Below, piece by piece: positions 53,496 through 64,000 of a stretch of 64,000 nucleotides of DNA; position 1 is the first letter of the stretch, and each line of letters starts with the position of its first letter. Source of the stretch: Eledone cirrhosa (lineage: Eukaryota). The stretch is taken from assembly GCA_964016885.1 (NCBI GenBank), contig OZ024750.1, positions 51,336,001 to 51,400,000 of the forward strand. The letters run 5' to 3'. Under the pieces are notes generated by a model. The model worked only from the letters and a program-made list of their open reading frames with translations. It was not told where the DNA came from and made no database searches. The translations under genes were made by a program, and so were the position numbers.

Positions 53496-54380
53496 CACCA
53501 GTACTTTATTTTATCGGCCTCGGAAGGACGAACTGTAAAGCTGAACTTGGAGGGTTTTGAACTGAGAACGTAACTAAATGTTAAACTATCGCAGTAATAA
53601 GTATTCCTACTTTTACCACAAGGTCAGCAATTTGAAGAGGAGGTGAAAGTCGATTAAATCAATCCCAGTGCATTACTGTTACTTTATATCATCGATCCTG
53701 TAAGGATGAAAGGCAAAACTAATCTAAGTGTGATTTGAACTTAGACCGCAAAGGGCCATAACTATATGCCACAAAACATTTTGCCCGACGCTCTACCGAT
53801 AGTGCCAATCCACGGCCCTTAATTCTGCGATAATGGTTTCTGATTTACGCACAAGGCCAGTAATATTGGGGAATGGTAAAGTCTATTAAGTCGACCCCAG
53901 TGAATTACTGATACTTTATTTTATTGACACCGTATGTTTCCGTTGGTCTTTCCATTTGCTAGTACTATCTATCGGTCGCAACTCCAGGTAGAAGGAGCAA
54001 CGTGAAATAAAGTGTCTTGCTCAAGGACATAACGCATCGCCTGGTGCAGGAATCGAACTCACAACATCACGATGGTTAGATAATTGGATTCACAATCGTG
54101 ATGTTGTGAGTTCGATTCCTGCACCAGGCGATGCGTTATGTCCTTGAGCAAGACACTTTATTTCACGTTGCTCCTTCTACCTGGAGTTGCGACCGATAGA
54201 TAGTATTAGCAAATGGAAAGACCAACGGAAACATTGTTTCCTCGGTCCGATTTGACGAAAGTCGATCGTCCAAAAAAAGGATGAAAGGCAAAGCTACACA
54301 TGGTGGGATTTGAACTCAGAACAGCTATATGCTGCAAAGCACGTTTTCCGCCGCACTACCGAAGCTGTCAATCCACCACC
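53496..54380 (-). mobile_element. Cluster of tRNA-type SINEs, the last interrupted by a palindromic second SINE type
   Basis: SINE pieces at 53496-53575, 53600-53820 and 53835-53933 plus 54277-54380. Inverted repeat at 53934-54234. Confidence 0.8.
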
Positions 54381-55306
54381 TTTGACGCTGTAATAATAGA
54401 AACTTATTATACTGGATAAACTGCCATCTTTCACCACCACACCACCACACCACTCCCACCACACCACCACACCACTCCCTCCACTACCCAACCCACTTCC
54501 ATCCCTTAATATGTTTATTCTTTGCAATTTCATTCACTTCAATTCTAAGCTGGTCTTCTTTCTATTTTTATAACTACACTGATTCTACAAATAACATATT
54601 TTGAACTAAAAAAATTCTTTCAACCTATTTCATCTTCACAACTAAACAAATATAATTGCTTTATTTTTTTTGTTGTTTTTTATGTTTTTTTTGTTTTTTT
54701 TTTGTTGTTTTTTTGTTGTTGTTTTTTTTGTTGTTGTTTTTTTGTTGTTTTTTATGTTAAATTGCCAAATTGTACTGAGAATTTCCTTGTGACGTACCAT
54801 CCAGCTAAGGGTGTAGAGACTGCCCCACCACATCCACAATTCTCAAACGCCTTCTTTCTTTATTTTCTTATTCTATTTGTCATTATGGTATTTTAAATAT
54901 AATTTAATATAATTGCACTGAACAAAATCTAACAGAGAAACAAGTACTATAAAATTGGAATGTTAGATCTGTAGATAACTAGATTAACACAGTCCTTATT
55001 TTTTTGTTCATCAAATATAAATTTTCGAATTTCTAAAATAATATACATCGTTACAAAAGAAAAAAAAACTAGCTTTATTTTATAAAAGGAGTTAATAACA
55101 AACCTAGATGTATTGATCAAACGGATCTTTACCTCTATACAAGGCAGGTGTATCTAGCAATACGGTCACAACCATCTTACAACGAAACAGTGGCACCACC
55201 ATTCTATATGAGATCACTACTGCGTTATACACTCACTACTCTTGTAGATAGATAGTGAGAGAGAAAGGGAGATATACATATACATACATACATACATATA
55301 CATACA

Positions 55307-55340
<34 letters not shown>

Positions 55341-55360
55341 CATACATACATACATACATA

Positions 55361-55394
<34 letters not shown>

Positions 55395-55402
55395 CATACA
55401 TA

Positions 55403-56363
55403 CATGATGGCTGCCCCCTCGTTATCGAGCATGGCCATTGCACGATATACCATTATTAATAATTATTAATTAATTTCATAGAGCAATGCCTGTGCGTGAA
55501 GATATTTTTAAAGTGAGGAAAGATTGTGCACTGAGCCAATCCCACTCTCTGAGCGACAGTAGCTATAACCTGAAAAGAAGAAAAGATCAACATCATCTGT
55601 AACTACTGAGCCGCAGGTTTTATGTCGGAGTTATCCCAGTTTCCTGAGTTGCCTTCTCCTAGAAGAATGCCCTGACAAAGGCTAGGGGTCCTTCACTCCC
55701 AGTGGTTTAACCGCGCGATCAGGTGTCCAGTCCAACTATTTCTGTGCCCCCGCGCATATACATACACATGCACCCATGCATATATACATATACACACATA
55801 TGTACATATGTCTATATATATTTACACACTTTTGGATGGCCGTTGACTCTTATGAGTTTTTCCGCTCTTTGTCAGGTTTTGTGTTTTGTCCTGCAGGGTA
55901 TCCATATCTCCCTCCTCACCAAGTAAACTTGGTGGGGTTGCCGGTTTAGTCGCCGACGACCCGGCCATGCTACAGGTTGCACTGGGTTATATGCTACCAG
56001 TAGCACTCAAGAGTGACTCGACATAACATACATACATACATACATAGATACATAACATACACGCATACATGGTGGCTGCCAACTCGTTTTCGAGTACGGC
56101 CACTACTTTATATCCATGAAGGAGAACCCCTACCGATGCGCTGAACGAGTGTGACTTTTTAGTCCAGCCAGCGACTTGAAAACTCTGGTACAAACACTAC
56201 ACTTGTGACAATTATTGACACATAGTGCTGGGCCCATGGTACCATGTGACGACAAGTGCATAGAGATCTCCAGATATAAAGCAATGCCTCATACATACAT
56301 CCATCCATCCATACATACATCCATCCATCCATCCATACATACATACATACATACATACATACA

Positions 56364-56396
<33 letters not shown>

Positions 56397-56690
56397 GATG
56401 GCTGCCCTCTCGTTATCGAGTATGGCCATTGCACGATATACCATTATTAATAATTATTAATTAATTCTATCGTGCAATGCCTGTGCGTGAAGATATTGTT
56501 AAAATGGGGAAAGACTGTGCACTGAGCCAATCCCACTCTCTGAGTGACAGTAGCTCTAACCTGAAAAGAAGAAAAGATCAACATCGTCGGTAACTACTGT
56601 TTTTTGTCCTGCAAGGTCTCCAACATCACCCTCCTCACCAAGTAAACTTGGTGGGGTTGCCGGGCTAGTCGCCGACTACCCGACCAAGCG
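55403..56690 (-). mobile_element. Cluster of RTE-tailed non-autonomous elements (55403-56020, 56068-56290, 56395-56690) in (TACA)n
   Basis: Shared 3' end tcgtgcaatggccatrctcgataacgag...gcagccatcat plus (gtat)n, essentially matching the RTE end at 60838-60887. Confidence 0.8.
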
Positions 56691-56733
56691 GCATACATAC
56701 ATACATACATACATACATACATACATACATACA

Positions 56734-56789
<56 letters not shown>

Positions 56790-56790
<1 letters not shown>

Positions 56791-56829
56791 ATATTTCTTT
56801 ATTAGCCACAGGGGCACAAAAGAAGGGGA

Positions 56830-56860
<31 letters not shown>

Positions 56861-56874
56861 TATAGATAGATAGG

Positions 56875-56949
<75 letters not shown>

Positions 56950-57267
56950 GTTTCTTTTATTTGCCACTAGGGCATCAAAAGTGGGACAAGTACAAAGGGG
57001 GGAGTTTACACAAAAAGGCGTCCTCAATAAGGAGGAGGCAATAACAAAATATAAAAATAAAATAAGATATAACAAAAAATAAAATTTTTAACAAAATCCT
57101 CAATAGAGAGGAGGCGCCTTGGGGGGTCGCACACACCCCCGAAAAAAGTGTGCAACCCTTTTCCTCAGGAGCACAGAGAGGGGGTGCTCCCTCGTTCCTT
57201 CCTCTTTTCCACCTACAGGCTTATGTAAAGAGAAGGCCCATTCACACGGGCCATTCTCGCCACTTTC

Positions 57268-57269
<2 letters not shown>
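56790..57269 (-). mobile_element. Two LINE-like 3' ends embedded in (GATA)n, possibly Tx1/L1-like
   Basis: Reverse-complement ends ...gcccctgtggctaataaaga and ...gccctagtggcaaataaaaga, each followed by (tatc)n. Short coding remnant MKVARMARVNGPSLYISL*. Confidence 0.45.
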
Positions 57270-57299
<30 letters not shown>

Positions 57300-57304
57300 G
57301 TAGG

Positions 57305-57347
<43 letters not shown>

Positions 57348-57724
57348 GTATGGGGGCTGGGATGTAATGTAGAAATGTTAGATATCTAAAGAGAAGAGAG
57401 TGTAGACAGAATGATAAAAATGGAGAAAAATAATGTTCACTTCGATGAATTATGAATGAGATTCATTCATTTTAAAAGACTAACACTTCCCGTTCCAATA
57501 CGAACTGTACATAACAGAGATAGAAGTATTACAGAGAAGATAAGTAAATTATGAATGGGAATCGTAGTAGGAGTTAAGTGGGGGAAGGAGGGTGAGAAGG
57601 GGAGGAGTGGGATCAGAAGGAGAGGAGCTTACAAGGTTTGTGTGCATGCATATATATACATATATACGCATATACGCACATACATGTATACACATATATA
57701 TAAATAATATACGTATATTTAAAT

Positions 57725-57735
57725 GTATACATACA

Positions 57736-57768
<33 letters not shown>

Positions 57769-58553
57769 GCATACATGCATACATGCATACATACATACAT
57801 ATGTACATACATACATATATACATACATACATACATTTATACATGCAAACATACAAATAGATAGATAGTGAGACAGAGACATACATGCATACATACATAC
57901 ATACATACATGCATACATACATACATACATACGTACATACATATATACATACATACATGCATACATACATACATACATGCATACATACATACATACATAC
58001 ATACATACATACATACATACATACATACATACATACATACATACATACATGCATACATACATATATACATGCATACATACATACATACATACATACATGC
58101 ATACATACATACATACATACGTACATACATATATACATACATACATGCATACATACATATATACATGCATACATACATACATGCATACATACATACATAC
58201 ATACATACATACATACATACATACATACATGCATACATACATACATACATACGTACATACATATATACATACATACATGCATACATACATACATACATAC
58301 ATACATACATGCATACATACATACATACATGCATACATACGTCCATACATATATACATACATACATACATACATACATGCATACATACATACATACATAC
58401 GTACATACATATATACATACATACATGCATACATACATACATGCATACATACATACATACATGCATACATACATACATACATACATACATACATACATAC
58501 ATACATGCATACATACATATATACATACATACATACATGCATACATGCATACA

Positions 58554-58587
<34 letters not shown>

Positions 58588-58805
58588 CATACATACATAC
58601 ATGCATACATGCATACATACATACATACATACATACATACATACATACATACATACATACGTCCATACATACATACATACATACATACATACATACATAC
58701 ATACATACATACATACATACATACATACATACGTCCATACATACATACGTCCATACATACATACATACATACATACATACATACATACATACATACATAC
58801 ATACA

Positions 58806-58839
<34 letters not shown>

Positions 58840-58840
58840 C
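57725..58840. repeat. ~1.1-kb (TACA)n array with TGCA/TATA/CGTA variants
   Basis: Read directly from the sequence. Confidence 0.98.
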
Positions 58841-60089
58841 ATAGATATATTTATCTTAATGCTAGAGGATTGAGTTTATACAGATCAGTTCTGTTGGTGT
58901 TTGTGAACGAAAGAAGCAAAGAATGAAGATGGTAAGATTTATGTTTAGCTATCATTGAGTGCAAAAGTAAAATTGAATGAAGATATCACAGGAAACCAGC
59001 ACATTATGTCCGCCATTTGTAAGCGCTAATATTTCATTCAAGGAGTTAATATTTAATTCCAAGCTTTAACGCAAGCAACGTATATCGTTTATTTTCTTCG
59101 TTTGTTTTCTTTTTTCGTCTTTATATATAGTATAAGCAAACTATTGTCTTTCCTGTTCTCAAATACAATTCGATTTCACAACAGCTGCACATATTGTATA
59201 TCATATTCTGCTACATCTAATATAAAACTATATACATATTATATACAATCTCCTACATTAACACTGCTACGTTCACCACATCCCTCTTCTTACATGTGGC
59301 CATGTTTTTAACATTGAATTTTGTTCCTATGCTGATCTTGTTATTGTTTCTTATATGCATACCAGCCATGAATGTATGTATGTATATCTTTATGTGTGTA
59401 TGTCTTTGTGTATATATGTATGTGTGTATATCTAGGTAAATGTATGTACGCCTATACGTATGTGGATGTATATCTGCGTATGTATGTGTGTGTGTGTACA
59501 TACGTATGCATGCATGTATGTGTGTATATACGTATGTGTGTACATATATATGCATGTATGTATGTGTGTATATGTTCTTCTGGTTTTATAATTTCACAAA
59601 GTTTTACCAATAGAGAGAGAGTCGGTTTCTAACATAGACACAAGACTCTCTCATTGGAATTTACACATCAACTAGGTAGATTATGTATGTCTGCATGCAA
59701 GTGTAGATATGGATGTTATTGTATGTGTGAATGTGGATGTTTTGAGTTGTATGTGTGCATGTGTATATGCTTTGCATCTGTACATGTGTATATGCAGTTA
59801 TTAGATGCAACATTTTTGGAATGTTTTACATGTTTTTACTGTTCCATTAATGGATTGTACTTGTAATTTTCTAACTAGTTGTATTATATATGTATGTGTG
59901 TACGTATGTATGCATGTATGTATGTGTGTATGTATGTATGTGTGTATGATTGCGTATGTATATGTATGTGTATAAGTATGTATGCATCTGTGTATGTGAG
60001 CGTATGTATCCATGTGTGCGTATGTACGAAGGTATGTATGTATATGGATGAAGGTATGTATGTATATATGGATGAAGGTATGTATGTAT

Positions 60090-60887
60090 GGATGAAGGAT
60101 TCTAGAATACCGAAACAACTCTTTTATGGAGAGTTAGTTAAAGGAAAACGACCTCCGCATAAACCAAAATAGACGTATAAGGATTCGTTGAAAGCATCTT
60201 TGAAAGACGCTAACATCTCTGCTGGTACATGGGAAAGTGTAGCTGCTGATCGTAATAAATGGAGAAAGACTGTATATGAGGGAAAAGTTGCCTTTGACGC
60301 ATACAAGAAAGTAAAGCGGGATGTGAGGAATGGCATTGCTGTTGCACTTCCAGACGGCGAAGGTCCTCCTATGGTGCTGACATGCAGCGTCTGTGCGAGA
60401 CTCTGCCTAAGCAAAGCTGGACTCGAAAGTCATCTTCGCAGTCATAAAGTGAGACCAGTGGTTGACTACCAGGCTGCTGTTGGAGATGCTTACTCATCGT
60501 AACTGTCAAGCATGTGGAAGAGAATGTAGATCAGCAGGAGGGCTCAAGCGACATGCAAAAGTACATGAACTCCAACCACAGCCGGCTATTCCCAGTGAAT
60601 GTTTTGGTTGCCGACTCTGCGTAAGACATTTTAGATCATTGGCTGGGTTAAAAAGCCACATTCGATCGCAGAGCTGTAAATTGCTATCGTGTGTGTGTGT
60701 GTGTGTGTGTGTATGTATAAGTATGTTTATGTGTGTGCGTGAGTGTGTATATATATATGTATATTATTATTGTTGTTGTTGTCGTTATTATTATTGTTGT
60801 TATTATTTTTATTATTGTTATTATTATGGGGTTTTTTTCTCGTGCAATGGCCATACTCGATAACGAGGGGGCAGCCATCATCATCAT
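60090..60887 (+). pseudogene. 5'-truncated RTE-like LINE: post-RT domain, three C2H2 fingers and 3' UTR
   Basis: Translates to RIPKQLFYGELVKGKRPPHKPK*TYKDSLK...WESVAADRNKWR, CSVC...SHLRSH, CQAC...RHAKVH and CRLC...SHIRS. Tail (cat)n(gtat). Confidence 0.88.
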
Positions 60888-61341
60888 GTATGTATATATA
60901 TGTTTGTGTGTGTGTGTGTATCCGTGATAATATCTGTGTTTTATTGTGTTTGACACAACACCGGTTATTTACCCGGTGTTGTATCAAAAAGCTATGTTAA
61001 ACACTAGATAAATATAAATTGATACAAGAAGTACCAGACTGCAATGAATTTGTATTTGCATTGATATGATCGACCAAAAGCCACCCAAACCATTGAAGAT
61101 TGTGCTGCAGTATGGTCGCAGTCAGTGACTAAAGAAAATAAAAGAATGAAATAAAAGTGTTATGTGTTCGGTGAACGATTTTCATGGCGGCGAATTCTGA
61201 GTCGTTGGATCGCCGGAAAGAATGATTTGCTGCCGTCTTTTCCAATCTCGGCTCTCTAAGTTCAAATTCCACCAAGGTTAACTTTGCCTTTCATCCTTTC
61301 AAGGTCGACAAAAATATTACCAGTCTAGTAGGGTAGTCGAT

Positions 61342-61435
<94 letters not shown>

Positions 61436-61735
61436 CTCCCCCTCTCTCTCTCTGGATCAAATCGGAGGTATTCAGACATGGAAAGGAGATGTGTTCCGCC
61501 AGGTTTCAAATGCCAAAGAAGCGTCCCTACGACTCCATCATCAGGAAGCACCGGTAACCAGAGACATACAGAGAAAAGGTTTCCATTACTAGCTTTCTTT
61601 TTCTTTTTCTTTTCTTTTTCTTTTTTTTCTTGTCATTTTGATATTCTAAGCCTACTATGTAAATTGTTATTATATGTTATTATATGTTATTATATGTTAT
61701 TATATGTTATTATATGTTATTATATGTTATTATAA

Positions 61736-61922
61736 GGGCGGTGAATTGGCAGTATCGGTAGAGGGTCGGACGCCATGCTTTCCAGCATAGTTACGTCCCT
61801 TTACGATCTGAGTTCAAATCCCGCCGAGGTTGACTTTGCCTTTCATCCTTACGGGGTCGATAAAATAAAGTACCAGTAATGCACTGGGTAATTGCTGGCC
61901 TTGTGCCTAAAGTAGAAACAAT
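61736..61922 (+). mobile_element. tRNA-type SINE (an older copy at ~61185-61342)
   Basis: Nearly identical to 30341-30530. Confidence 0.9.
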
Positions 61923-61940
61923 TATATGTTATTATATACT

Positions 61941-62820
61941 ATTTGCCACTCATATATATTATTGCCACCCATATTTCACGATATAGCCGTATATTATTGC
62001 CACCCATATTTCACGATATAGTCGTGTATTATTTGCCACCCATATTTCACGTATAGTCGTATATTATTGCCACCCATATTTCACGATATAGTCGTGTATT
62101 ATTTGCCACCCATATTTCACGTATAGTCGTATATTATTGTCACCTATATTTCACGATATAGTCGTGTATTATTGCCACCCATATTTCACGATATAATCGT
62201 GTATTATTTGCCACCCATATTTCACGATATAGTCGTATATTATTGCCACCCATATTTCACGATATAGTCGTATATTATTGCCACCCATATTTCACGATAT
62301 AGTCGTGTATTATTGCCACCCATATTTCACGATATAGCCGTGTATTATTGCCACCCATATTTCACGATATAGTCGTGTATTATTGCCACCCATATTTCAC
62401 GATATAATCGTGTATTATTTGCCACCCATATTTCACGATATAGTCGTATATTATTGCCACCCATATTTCACGATATAGTCGTATATTATTGCCACCCATA
62501 TTTCACGATATAGCCGTGTATTATTGCCACCCATATTTCACGATATAGTCGTGTATTATTGCCACCCATATTTCACGATATAGTCGTATATTATTGCCAC
62601 CCATATTTCACGATATAGTCGTATATTATTGCCACCCATATTTCACGATATAGCCGTGTATTATTGCCACCCATATTTCACGATATAGTCGTGTATTATT
62701 GCCACCCATATTTCACGATATAGTCGTGTATTATTTGCCACCCATATTTCACGATATAGTCGTATATTATTGCCACCCATATTTCACGATATAGTCGTGT
62801 ATTATTGCCACCCATATTTC
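61941..62820. repeat. 35-bp minisatellite, ~25 copies
   Basis: Unit attgccacccatatttcacgatatagtcgtgtatt, with no spacers. Confidence 0.95.
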
Positions 62821-62870
62821 AGTATAAACGAAAATGAAAATATATTGCTATTTCACAACGTTTCTGTTAA

Positions 62871-63133
62871 CCCTCTCTTTACCGTATTTTTAATGAAAGA
62901 CATTGTCAGTAATTTTCAAATAATTTTGAAAATTATTAAGATTGTGAAGGAATTTAGTATCTTAACTAACTTTCTCACTTTTGAACTAGTTTTTGGAACA
63001 TAAATTAACAAAGGCTCTTACATAAAATTATGATTGGAGGTTTTTAGATAGATACACACTCTTTAAAACAAATAGTTTTGTACCATAGAATCATAGAATT
63101 AAGGTGAGCTCAGTTAGTTTGGTACCGAAAGGG
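62871..63133. mobile_element. piggyBac-like MITE
   Basis: TTAA|ccctctctttacc ... ggtaccgaaaggg|TTAA. Confidence 0.75.
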
Positions 63134-63676
63134 TTAATGACCACATGTGAAAGATAACGGAAGAGGGTAGGCTCATCATTTTTGGCATCGTCAGTATCAA
63201 ATGTAATATCGCTTTACAATCAAATATTGTATCATCAATTCAATATTTAACATTGTTGCCTGGCGCAGTTGGCATCATGTGACATTGTTTGCCACCAATT
63301 TTTCCTCAAACACAAACATTTCCTTGATGTGTTTGTTCAGCGGTGCGTGGAGTTCTTTCGCTCTGTTGATTAACTTCAGTTCATTTACGGCTGGTAGTCA
63401 GTGAGGTTTCCTGTGTGAGAGAGTTAGGAGAGTTATAACTAATGTTGTGAGAAAGATATGTTGGCCTGTGTGTACATCGTTTTAATCAGGTTGTTTTCCT
63501 ATCCTGTATGTGCTATTATATTTATTCAAGATTCCTCTATCTTTATCTACTCTATAGTGTCAACAAGCCACCCAGATATCCTTTACATGGGCTCTTCTAG
63601 CTGATGGAACTAACGCCCAAACCTTTCTAAAATCTTTCTTTAAAGAAAGAAAGACACCTTGGATAATGTAGGTTTA

Positions 63677-64000
63677 CAAGGGTCGGCTGAAAGACTCATA
63701 GGCTGAAAGGTAGTACACTCAAGAGTTTTGAGACTTAATCTTTCTGGCACTTTAATTGTCCTACGTAACTGTAACTCTAATACATCCTTGATATGGTTAT
63801 GATTTAACATGGCAAATCTTTATTTTTTTTGTTTTCACGCTGAAGGTTCGGGGCGCTACAACACTTTAAACACTTTAAACACTTTAAAGTCATACACGTC
63901 TTGTCACATCTGACTGGTTCCACAATACAGTCGGGACGTGAGGACAACTTGGAGGCTTGGTATGCAATAAGGCTTTGTGTCAAGCTCGGCAAAAACGCTG
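63677..64000 (+). mobile_element. Tc1/mariner 5' end, running off the window
   Basis: TA|caagggtcggctgaaag candidate TIR. LEAWYAIRLCVKLGKNA at 63948-63998 resembles the mariner transposase N-terminal HTH. Confidence 0.7.

Noticed and set aside
57613-58926. ORFs of 298-409 aa (MYVC/HTYI repeats), and similar [12 protein letters not shown] and RERE ORFs throughout
   Set aside because: They are translations of stop-free microsatellites, open in several frames and on both strands.
60188-60863. C2H2 zinc-finger host gene
   Set aside because: The fingers follow an RTE post-RT domain containing stops and frameshifts, and precede a LINE-type 3' tail.
61941-62820. 35-bp repeat with dyad symmetry as a possible CRISPR array
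   Set aside because: The units are contiguous with no unique spacers, there are no cas genes, and the context is eukaryotic.

Overview
This is AT-rich, microsatellite-saturated eukaryotic DNA. The SINE types suggest an octopus or other cephalopod, which is an inference. I see no intact host gene, and nearly all long ORFs in the track are microsatellite translations. The window is a nest of retroelements: decayed Penelope-like elements (PLEs; RT plus GIY-YIG) of at least four types, R4-like and RTE-like LINE ends, tRNA-type SINEs, two Helitron-like elements, hAT and piggyBac MITEs, a mariner 5' end, and 49-, 37- and 35-bp satellites. The main hidden signal is about 30 minimal type-I hammerhead ribozyme (HHR) motifs, read by eye, in more than a dozen unrelated repeat families. 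Almost all lie 60-300 nt upstream of an end that abuts a (TA)n tract, and several have the compensatory UUGANAA core. Four of these families are ORF-less, more-than-unit-length head-to-tail repeats (about 296, 430, 540 and 579 nt) with one HHR per unit. They are candidate PLE-mobilised circular-RNA retrozymes. Many insertions are fold-back hairpins with a reproducible short-arm/long-arm asymmetry. Family letters A-L are my own labels. All motif calls are manual and coordinates may be off by a few bases.
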